Shown: positions 24,968-34,725 of the stretch, one piece after another
Numbering within the stretch: the first letter of the stretch is position 1
Layout of the letters: each line of letters opens with the position of its first letter
Origin: Catajapyx aquilonaris
Lineage: Eukaryota
Reading direction: 5' to 3'
NCBI GenBank assembly: GCA_000934665.2
Contig: KZ538701.1
Span: 1-52,901 of the forward strand
Length of the DNA stretch: 52,901 nucleotides
The notes under the pieces: model-generated
The model's input: only the letters and a program-made list of their open reading frames with translations
Databases searched by the model: none
What the model was told of the DNA's origin: nothing
Made by a program: the position numbers and the translations under genes

Positions 24968-26158
24968 TACATACATCAAGAATAATATTATTGCTACTTC
25001 ACTGGAGTGCTTGAATCTGGATCACTTGTGATACATTACATGAATTTTTATATGCAACAATATTTCTGCAATTCTGGTGCCTACTGGGTGACATTTTTGA
25101 AATGGATAGCAGAGAACTCAGCATAGCCCACACAAACAATCAAAATTCCTTTTCACTCCTGCTACCCCCATAACCCCTCATTCTTCTTTAGACCTTCATG
25201 GTTATACAAAATCACTGTTCCCATGTAATGAAACAAATTCAAACAAATTGGGCATGAAAGGAGGTCCAAAATACAACTCAAGCTTGACCAATTGTTAGAC
25301 CAATGTTAGCCACAGGTATGACCATGTATGATTATTATCAATGTTGCTGATGGATTCAAAGCCATCATCAGCAAAGCTCCAATCCCAGACACACATGCAA
25401 CTCTTCCTTTATACCACCTGTTTCATAACTGAGCTCATTTTCGTATCATTGGAAACATTTGTGAACTCCCATTTCAGCTCACTTCTGTAACGTCGCTTTT
25501 AAGTGTAAGAGTGTACCACCACTGTTGGAAAGCCCATTAAATGACATTTTCAATAGTGTGTATGATTCCACACCAAACTTGAAGGTAACTTTGCAGGGGC
25601 AAGCATCCGGATAAAAGTTCCACTGATGCATATGTGAACTTAATTCTGGCACATACAGTATATCTGCAATAGCGTCACAATAACTCTGGAACAGTCAATC
25701 ATCACAGGTGGGGCTTAGCAGGTTTGTAGCCTTACATTACCTGTACTGTACAAGTGGTGTTAGTGGTATTCACATTACATGCGTACATACGTAGGCCCTG
25801 TACATCTTTCCCAATTATTTTACTGTTGTTTGTACATAGACACAAAATCTGCTTTTATCTTATACAGCCTACTATTCAGGGTGGGCATATTTATTTACTG
25901 TATGGTTATGAATGTCCTTGGACTGGGCTAGACATGGTCAGACCAACTGAGGCTACCAACTGGCCTACATTAATAGGCTTGTTGCTGTAAACCTGCCAAT
26001 TTGCATCCATAATTACGTAATGTTGAATGATTGCTTACTCGGTTTACAAACTTGAAAGAATGCATAATAGGATTTGAAGCTGGTATTCATCATGAGCATG
26101 TGAAAGGAAATAGTGCTTTAAACAATTAAAGGGCTTGGGAGAAAAACGTGTTAATCGC

Positions 26159-26700
26159 CAGTTGGAAATGCAAAAAGTTCTCGGCCTGAATTTTTTCTGC
26201 AGAAACAAATGAAGCATGGAAGATGTCCTCTGGTGGGGAGTACCTTCATGAATATGATTCATGAATTTTTCCCCACCTGTAGAGAGAGTAAGTTGCTGGC
26301 AGTCAGCCTGCGAGTCACCGAGGGTAATCGGCTTCCGTTGAATTTTCATTTTCCGCGATAATGACGGAACAACTTGAACAGGGTACGATCCACAACTCGT
26401 CACCAGTAATCAGGAAGTCAGGGTCACTGTTTGAGAAGTCCATAATGTCCTGCCAGACTTGCAGCTCCGTTGGTAGGTAGCTTTGGCACGAATTGAACAT
26501 CTCGGGAGTAAAACGTATTAACCGGCATGTGGGAGTGGGCTCACAGGCTGACTGTTAGCGACTGGTGCTCTCTGCAGGCGGGAAAATATTCACGAACACT
26601 CATGAAGGTACTTCACACCTACCCACACGAGGACACCTACTGTGCTTCATTTGTTACCGTGGAAAAAATTCCGGTCAAGAACTTTTTGCACATCCAACTG
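26159..26700. mobile_element. Degenerate long-TIR MITE
   Basis: Begins CAGTTGGAAATGCAAAAAGTTCT and ends AGAACTTTTTGCACATCCAACTG; ~150-bp diverged inverted arms. Confidence 0.65.
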
Positions 26701-26708
26701 ACTGTTAA

Positions 26709-27016
26709 TAATAATAATAATAATTCATACCCCGTTATCAGCCTATCGGCTCTTTAGGAGGGAAGTTTTGTTTTGCCTGGAACTCTTTGCTTTCATTTTA
26801 CTGGGCTTTTTGGGATAGGATAGGGACGGAAGGAAGCGGCCCCGGAAGCGGCTGTGGCCTATTAATTACGGAAACAACTCCGGAATTTTCCTGGAAGGAC
26901 CATGGGAAACCACAGAAAACCACAGTCAGAGTTGCCGGCACCGGGATTTGATCCCAGGACCTCCCGATTAGCAGTTGGACACCATATCCCCTACTCCAAA
27001 CTGCTTCGGTCATCTG
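26709..27016 (-). mobile_element. SINE family A
   Basis: Reverse complement of the ACCGAAGCAG..GGGGATATGG..CTGCTAATCGGGAGGTCCTGGG head; TSD ACTGACTGTTAA. Confidence 0.85.
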
Positions 27017-27523
27017 ACTGACTGTTAACATGTTTTTCTCCCGAGCCCTTCAATTGATGTGACTGTAATGTTTGCTGATGATGAATACTGCTGCATTTTA
27101 TTCCTCTGATAACTTCTACCATCATATATTTATCGTCCTGGAACACATCCTGGTACACGTATTTTTGGTCATCACTTGTGTCACAGACGTATGGCCAAAC
27201 ATAATTCAGACCTCTCCTAGAATGATACATGTGTCTCTTACATCTTATAAATACCACACACCTGGTCTAATTGAAAGAATGGTGGCAAGCAAAGGGGATG
27301 TCCATAACATATGGCATGCTACTATTAGTGGTTGATAACAGGCAAGAAAGACCTTGGAAGAGGAGTGGTGGGAGACTGGTTGACATCATGCTTGAAAATT
27401 GTTGCAAAACAATGATACTAGAACATTATGAAACAAGTTAAGTAATTTTTTATTAATGCCAATGTAGGGGCTCCCAGGATTCCAGAAACCTCTTTTCTGC
27501 TCTCTGAATTCATTCTCATTATA

Positions 27524-28030
27524 CAAGGTGTTTAAAAACTATTTGTACAAATTTTAATGGGTGATAGGGAACACCAAGACAAACCTTTTTTGTCAATGAA
27601 TGTATGTCCACTGACACCATCCTTTGGTGCTTGAGGGTGCTGACAGATATCAGTAGAGCTGGTACATACATGAAAGGAAACCAGTGCGAACAACATGTCT
27701 ATTCAAAGAAACTGCTCAAAGATGTGCAAAGCACTGCTTGCACAACAGTGTCAAAACACGGACTGAGTTATATTTTCACAGATTGCCGCACTGTGAGAAC
27801 AGTTTCCAAGGTGACAGTGACTCTTGTGACGAGGTCTTCCTCTGAGTCAATGCCATCTCAGCAGTCATAAAACAGCCGTGTCCCCTCTCAAGCCAAATGC
27901 AGCACTGCTAAGCAGCACCCACAAGGGCTGAAGGATGACGGCAGCAGATATACATTCATGGATGGAAAAGGTTTTGCCTTGGTGTTCCCTATCACATATC
28001 AAAATTTGGCCACAGTTTTTAAACACCTTG
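27524..28030. mobile_element. Tc1/mariner-type MITE
   Basis: TA|CAAGGTGTTTAAAAACT...AGTTTTTAAACACCTTG|TA with ~65-bp imperfect TIRs. Confidence 0.75.
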
Positions 28031-28293
28031 TATTCAGGAGTACTGTGATCTCTTGAAGGAGACAGACTTAATCATATCTGTAACCACATACTCCTAGTTT
28101 TGTAGTGCAGTACAAAACTATGACTATCAACACATGGGAGGTAGGGAAACCAAATGTGGGGTATCTCAATAGCAGCAGGATGGTTTTTAAAGGGGGGGAG
28201 GGGGAGGTGGGTGTCCTGACCTACATGGGCATGACTGGGAGTGATATTGTTGTAGGAGGGAGAGAGAAAAAAAGTCCTGAACTCAGCATGATA

Positions 28294-29005
28294 CGAGGTA
28301 AGCGCCAAAAGTTTCCGCCCTGGCTATGTTCCAGGGGTGATGGAAATAAAACGACAGTGTCATTTTTCAATATAGTCACCTTGTACATCAATGCTATTCT
28401 GTTTGCTATGGTGATGGTCCGAAAACGTTTGGCGACATGTTACACATTTTTGCTTTTGAATTGCGGACAGAAGTTGGGGCACCCATCTTGTGCTGACCTT
28501 ATTCATGTGAAGATGTTCATGAAGAATGAGAGGAACGGTGGTGTCTGAAAGCCCCAACTTTGCTAAGAGTTCCTTCACCTTCAAGGGCCTGCTTGCAGCA
28601 CCTACTCCTCCACAAGAGAGACGGTCTCTGCTGTCAGCACCTCCACGGGCAGAAAGTCGCATAGCTCGCCTTCGATGCTCTCTCAACCCAAACGAACCTT
28701 CTTAGCCCATTCCTTCATGGTGGAATATGAAGGGGAAGTTTCACCATACACACCACCCAAGCTCTGTTTAATAGACATGGTAGTAAGGCCTTCCTTGGTG
28801 AGGAACTTGATCACTCTCGATACTCAATTTTCACCATGTTGCAATTCATCTGACTAAAGTTGACTTTTCTAAGAGACTGACTGACGTTGCCGGGTGAAAC
28901 TCGTACATTCCTCCACTCATAGTTGGGACTACCGGACACTATAGTTGTTTTATTTCTATCACCCCTGGAACATAGCCAGGGCGGAAACTTTTGGCACCTA
29001 CCTCG
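28294..29005 (-). mobile_element. Non-autonomous, internally deleted mariner
   Basis: TA|CGAGGTAAGCGCCAAAAGTTTCCGCCCTGG.. with ~60-bp TIRs and TA at both ends. Minus-strand remnants VIKFLTKEG..VYGETSPSYST.KEW and ILHEHLHMNKVSTRWVPQLL (mariner WVPHEL-like motif). Confidence 0.88.
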
Positions 29006-29474
29006 TATACCTTGTGTTTTACTCCCCAACTGACCACCAAGCCTTTCAACCTAATATTAGTAGGTAATATTTTATGTTCCCCAAAAAGAAATTGTTCAAT
29101 AAGAGCCAGAAAGGAGCTGGTTAATGAACACCTTAGTGCAAAACATTGCTAACTGAAAAAAACTTCGAGTTTGGATCACAGTAAACATATTCTCAAGTTA
29201 TACAGAGTGTTTTTTTAACAGTGGAAGATCCTGCTGCCAGAGTAATTGCTGGAAAAATATAGGTAAAATACGAGGTGCATTCAAGACAAAGCAGGACTTT
29301 CAGGCATGAACAGGAACGTGATCACAATGAGTTGCTCATTGTGGCAAGTGTCTCCTATCATGGCTATGCAGCGCGAATGTATCAGGCCAATCATTACTCA
29401 GACAGTGTCATCACATGTGTGGGACATCGTATTGTGACATATCTTGGGAAAGGTGTGAAACATGAGGATATCTA

Positions 29475-29986
29475 CAGGGTGGTCGGTAAATGGCGAACAA
29501 GCTTCAAGTAGCGAGATTCCTTGTGAAAAACCATTATAATGAAGTGAAGGTCCGATAGCTCTACGATGCATGGTTATCTCTCACGAGGCCTCCGAAAGTT
29601 GGAGCTAAATCATAATGTCACGTCTACCAGTGAAATTCAAACACTACCATATTGCTACTGTATCCAGTGCAAATCCAGGTGTTGCCAAGCCACCGTTGCC
29701 CACATTCACGCATGTTCAAGAGTGTTGGGGTGGGAACGTGAGGGATGGCACCATGGCAACGCCTGGCAATATCTGGCAACACCTGGCAACGCACCGCATA
29801 CAGTAGCGATACGGCAGTGTTTGAATATTGCGGGCGGACGTGATGTCATGATTTGGTTCCAACTTTAGGAGGCCTCGTGAGAGATACCCACACATTGCAG
29901 AGCTATCAGACCTGCACTTCCTTATAATGGCTTTTCACAAGGAATCTCGATACCTGAAGCTTGTGCGCCATTTACCAACCACCCTG
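29475..29986. mobile_element. Tc1/mariner-type MITE inside the mariner remnant
   Basis: TA|CAGGGTGG...CCACCCTG|TA with >100-bp imperfect TIRs; it interrupts the mariner reading frame at the TA. Confidence 0.8.
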
Positions 29987-30113
29987 TATAGAAGACTTCA
30001 AGCACAGTACGATGATGAGCCAATCAGCTGCAGCAAAACATTTTAATGGTGTGAACATTTTAAAGATAGGCATATATCCATGAGTGATGATCCCACCCAT
30101 GGTGGTTCCAAGC

Positions 30114-30236
30114 CAAGGGAGTAACCACTCCCCAAAAAAGTGTACACCAGTTCCTGGAACAGGGTGGTTCCACCCAGTTCCAGGCCAGTTCCACAGGAAC
30201 CCTGTACACTGGTTTCACGAAGTGGTTACCCCCTTG
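30114..30236. mobile_element. hAT-type mini-MITE
   Basis: TIR CAAGGGAGTAACCACT / AGTGGTTACCCCCTTG and 8-bp TSD TTCCAAGC. Confidence 0.7.
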
Positions 30237-30769
30237 TTCCAAGCCCAAAGCGGTTGTTGCTGTGAATACTCAAAGTGTAGAGCTCCTAATCCTGGATAAT
30301 TGATGGTAACATGTCGTAAACTTGCAGCAGAGGTGAATCTTGCTCTGGGAACTTTTAACACAATAATTCACGAACATCTGCATTTCTGGTAGGCTATTAC
30401 GGGTACCAAGACAGTATGCACGACCCCATACTGCCCAATGCACTACCTCCACATTACAGGAGCTTGGCTAGCAGGTATTGCCTGATTCCCCTTACAGCCC
30501 AGACCTCACTCCAAGTCATTTCCACCTTCTCCAACCCATAAAGGACTTCCTAGAAAGCCAGCATTTCAGCAGGGTTCAGCAGTGACAACAACGTGAAGTG
30601 GGTTGTCCAATCCTGGTTAGGTATACTGACATATTATATTTCTACACTCAGGCTCTCAAGTTACTAGTTAAATGCTGCGAGAAGTGCATAAATGTAGCAG
30701 GGGATTGTGTCAACAAATAAATGTAGGTTCCTCTCCAATAAATGTGTCTGTTATTTCATATCACTAAAA

Positions 30770-31414
30770 GGGTAAATCCATGTCAAGGCGATCACTCATG
30801 AAACCTTACCTCCTCCGATTTTGACCAAATTTGGCACAGTTGTACCTTTCATCGAGATATGGTATTGGACCAAATTACATGTCAATTTGTTCGACCTGTT
30901 CGGCGTGAGAGGTCACGGGAATTGTCGCTCTCGGTCAGCACGCGCCGCAATTTTTCGGACATTTTCTTGAATAACTTTTTTTCTACTGGTCACATTTGGA
31001 CAATGAGCATATGTACGGGTAGATCATAGAGAGTTGCATCATAATATGTCACTTGTATGAAAATATCGGTTAATTTAAGCACGTGTCATGGGAGGTTATT
31101 TGTGTGACCTTTGACCTCATTTTAAAGACATTGAGGTATCTTCGATTTTGAAAATTGATGTGCCATGTGAAAGGGCAGATCATGGTCTAAGTGACTGCCA
31201 AAAATCAGGATGGGCCCCTCCAGAGGCCGCTGAGAAAATAAATAAAACGTGTACCACCAGCCGGTGACGCATATGTGTGAAGTAAACAGGCTACCTGAAA
31301 CCAGCACCTTTGATGGAGAATTGACTCACCTCTTGTGACGAGTATTGTTTTGGCTGCCTCTGCTGATGTATTGGCTCCCACGTGAGTGGGTGTGTGTGTT
31401 GATTCTTGGGATAG
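30770..31414. repeat. Left long TIR of the Sola2 element
   Basis: Reverse complement of 34073-34725. Confidence 0.92.
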
Positions 31415-31578
31415 GTGTTCTGAGCTCATTTGGAAAGTGTCAGTGCCAAGTGACAGGGTCCTTTGGTGTGTGGTCATTATTATTACCGTAAGTACCTGTA
31501 TTGTGCATTTTTGGTTTACTATGTCGGAAATTTTGCAAGCAGCCCCTTATCATTATTTGCACAGGTTCGTCACTTGCA

Positions 31579-33927
31579 ATGGCATGTTCGGTTGGTTATA
31601 TCCTGAATGAACCATGCCCAAGTGGTAGTCGTGATGTAGTGTTGTATTCCATCAGCAGCGAAGAGGAGGAGTTAGTTCAGTTAAGGATAGGCCATTCTGA
31701 AAAAATTGAAAATGTGTGCGATGAACATCGTGACAGGTTCCTGCGACTCTACAGCGTTACCCATAAAAAGTGCTGTGATCCTCTTGCTATGCACTCAGAT
31801 GATATTAGGAGAAACAATATCAGGCCTATCACACTGGACACGGTTCATCATTCCGCCTTAGAACTAATTCCTGGACAAAAACTATGCACGCCTTGTCGCA
31901 AAGCAATCTCACAGTATCATATATCCTATGATGATGATGACCGTGAGAATGATTCCGAACCTGAAGGCGCATCAGGTAACGAATCTGATGCACCGTACGA
32001 GCCAATTGAGGGTGCCTTGTCAGAAGTTATTTCCAGCCTCAATGAATCCGTTGTTCCGCTGGTGGGGGAGTCTCCAATTGTGTCCAAAAAAATGAAGCAG
32101 AAAAAGTACCCAGAGAAGAAACTGAAACAAATTCATGAGGGGGTCCGAAAACGCCTGAAGATGGCGCCAGAAGGGGAAAAAGAGCAGCAAATTCAGTCAA
32201 GTAGTGCAGATAATGCCGAGGAAATGCTGTCACAGTTGAAGGACAAGTTTAACATTGCTACAGACCGAAGTGAAAGAATGCAGATTTTAACAGTGTTGCC
32301 TCGCAGTTGGAGCATAAGAAAAATCATGGGCCAATTTAACACAACATATCACATGGCAAGGGGCTCCAAACGTCTTCAGCAAGAGAAGGGGGTACTTTCA
32401 TCCCCAAATCCAAAACCTGGAAAATCACTGGATGACACCACAGTTAAAAGCGTACGAGAATTTTTTGAGAGCGATGATGTCAGTCGTTGTATGCCAGGGA
32501 AGAAGGATTGTGTTACAGTAAGAATTTGTGGAAAAAAAGAAGTCGTTCAAAAGAGACTGCTCTTGTGCAATTTGAAAGAAGCCTACAGCTACTTCAAAGA
32601 GCAGAATCCTACAGCCAAAATAGGATCTAGCAAGTTCGCTGAATTGCGTCCCAAAAATGTAGTGCTGGCAGGGGCAAGTGGTACACACAACGTATGCACT
32701 TGTCTGACACATCAGAATGTGAAGCTGATGGTTGAAGGGATGCAACTGAAAACTACTCCAGAATTTGAGGATCTTCTTGACAATTACACCGGCAACATTT
32801 CCTACAAACACCTCATAGCTGCAATAACATGCAATCCGCCTCAGCCCACTTGCTTGCTAAATGAGTGCGTGATGTGCAGCAGCGAAAAGGACTCGGAATC
32901 TTGTGACTACTGTAGCGGGGAAGAACATGATGAAAGCGAAAGCCAATTATTCTGCCCCTGTTGTGACCGGATTCGGAGCCTGCGGAGTGCCATCAGTGAT
33001 AGATTCGAGGAGCTCCAAAGTGATTACATAACGTATAGATCCTGGGTTTCTGCTGACCGGACAACTTTAGAAGTAATCACAAAAGGTACAGATGACTTCA
33101 TGGAAATTCTTATGGAGAGACTGGTGGCACTTCGCAAGCACGATTTCATAGCTAAAGAACAAGCTTCTTTTCTGCGAAGCAAGAAGGAGAGCATTAGAGA
33201 AGGAGAAATTGTCGTTCTATGTGACTTCTCTGAAAACTATTCCTTTGTGGTGCAAGATGCTGTGCAGGGTTTTCATTGGACAAACGATCAGGCGACAATA
33301 CACCCGTTTCTCACCTACTATTACTGCCCTGAAACCCGTGAAATCAAGACCATCAGCTACGTTATCATTTCTAATTCCATGATTCATGACACTATTGCAG
33401 TCCACCTTTTCATCAAGAAGTTGATTACATATTTAAAAACAAAAATCCCAGTCTCGCATATTTCATACTTTTCTGATGGAGCTGCTTCCCAATACAAAAA
33501 TCGCAAAAATTTCCTCAACTTGGCCCACCATCATCATGATTTCGGAATTTTGGCAGATTGGCACTTTTTTGCTACCAGCCATGGAAAAGGACCATGCGAT
33601 GGACTGGGAGGCACTGTAAAAAGACTTGCAGCGAAGGCCAGCCTGCAACGGCCCAATGAGAACCACATCACCACAGCAGAGCAGCTGTACCAGTGGGCAG
33701 AAGGTGCCTTCAACAGTGTCGTCTTCCACTATGTGGCAAAAGAAGATGTCAAAAGAGAAGAGGCACTGTTGCAGGAGAGAATAGACGCAGCCATACCGGT
33801 CAGAGGCACACAAAAGCTACATTCTTTTCAACCCGTGTCAGGCTCTTGCGATAAATTGACTGTCCGTATGTACTCCACGGAAGAGAGAGGGAAGATTGTG
33901 CGAGTTGGTAGACTGAAAAGTGAATAG
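31579..33927 (+). CDS. Sola2-type DDD transposase, 782 aa from ATG 31579
   Basis: Uninterrupted ORF; the track start at 31501 is TTG and the first ATG is at 31579. Catalytic motifs are LCDFSENY (D at 33223), YFSDGAASQYKN (D at 33475) and FFATSHGKGPCDGLGG (D at 33598). Also has a CTCLTHQN..C..C-x4-C-x2-C cluster and an N-terminal Cys/His domain. Confidence 0.9.
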   Translation: MACSVGYILNEPCPSGSRDVVLYSISSEEEELVQLRIGHSEKIENVCDEHRDRFLRLYSVTHKKCCDPLAMHSDDIRRNNIRPITLDTVHHSALELIPGQKLCTPCRKAISQYHISYDDDDRENDSEPEGASGNESDAPYEPIEGALSEVISSLNESVVPLVGESPIVSKKMKQKKYPEKKLKQIHEGVRKRLKMAPEGEKEQQIQSSSADNAEEMLSQLKDKFNIATDRSERMQILTVLPRSWSIRKIMGQFNTTYHMARGSKRLQQEKGVLSSPNPKPGKSLDDTTVKSVREFFESDDVSRCMPGKKDCVTVRICGKKEVVQKRLLLCNLKEAYSYFKEQNPTAKIGSSKFAELRPKNVVLAGASGTHNVCTCLTHQNVKLMVEGMQLKTTPEFEDLLDNYTGNISYKHLIAAITCNPPQPTCLLNECVMCSSEKDSESCDYCSGEEHDESESQLFCPCCDRIRSLRSAISDRFEELQSDYITYRSWVSADRTTLEVITKGTDDFMEILMERLVALRKHDFIAKEQASFLRSKKESIREGEIVVLCDFSENYSFVVQDAVQGFHWTNDQATIHPFLTYYYCPETREIKTISYVIISNSMIHDTIAVHLFIKKLITYLKTKIPVSHISYFSDGAASQYKNRKNFLNLAHHHHDFGILADWHFFATSHGKGPCDGLGGTVKRLAAKASLQRPNENHITTAEQLYQWAEGAFNSVVFHYVAKEDVKREEALLQERIDAAIPVRGTQKLHSFQPVSGSCDKLTVRMYSTEERGKIVRVGRLKSE

Positions 33928-34072
33928 AGACACCACCCATCCGTGCAATCTTCACTTCCAGAACGCGATAGCCTGTACAAGTAAGTCTAAAATACTTCTA
34001 CATCACATCATGTATCATTTCATAATCCTAGGTGGTCTCACATTGCCAGATAGCCTGTTTACATCACACACA

Positions 34073-34725
34073 CTACCCCAAGGATCAACACACAAGCCCA
34101 CTCACATGGGAGCCAATACATCAGCAGAGGCAGCCAAAACAATACTCGTCACAAGAGGTGAGTCAATTCTCCATCAAAGGTGCTGGTTTCAGGTAGCCTG
34201 TTTACTTCACACATATGCGTCACCGGCTGGTGGTACACGTTTTATTTATTTTCTCAGCGGCCTCTGGAGGGCCCATCCTGATTTTTGGCAGTCACTTAGA
34301 CCATGATCTGCCCTTTCACATGGCACATCAATTTTCAAAATCGAAGATACCTCAATGTCTTTAAAATGAGGTCAAAGGTCACACAAATAACCTCCCATGA
34401 CACGTGCTTAAATTAACCGATATTTTCATACAAGTGACATATTATGATGCAACTATCTATGATCTACCCGTACATATGCTCATTGTCCAAATGTGACCCA
34501 TAGAAAAAAAGTTATTCAAGAAAATGTCCGAAAAATTGCGGCGCGTGCTGACCGAGAGCGACAATTCCCGTGACCTCTCACGCCGAACAGGTCGAACAAA
34601 TTGACATGTAATTTGGTCCAAAACCATATCTCGATGAAAGGTACAACTGTGCCAAATTTGGTCAAAATCGGAGGAGGTAAGGTAAATTCCAAGACCAAAG
34701 TGATCGGATTCACGTGGACTTACCC
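34073..34725. repeat. Right long TIR of the Sola2 element
   Basis: Reverse complement of 30770-31414. Confidence 0.92.

Larger units (their letters stand above)
30770..34725 (+). mobile_element. Full-length Sola2-type DNA transposon (3956 bp)
   Basis: Termini GGGTAAATCCA...TGGACTTACCC, with a 4-bp TSD AAAA at 30766-69 and 34726-29. Long TIRs at ~30770-31414 and ~34073-34725, with about ten differences by eye over the inner ~610 bp. One intact transposase ORF. GRG termini, a 4-bp TSD and long TIRs are Sola2 hallmarks. Confidence 0.88.

Noticed and set aside
31501..31578. First 26 codons of the 808-aa ORF in the track
   Set aside because: The ORF starts at TTG and overlaps a predicted 5'-UTR intron; ATG 31579 is the likely start.
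33920..34306. 128-aa ORF and its mirror ORFs at 31122-31477
   Set aside because: They lie in the TIRs and appear twice only because of the inverted repeat; no recognisable domain.
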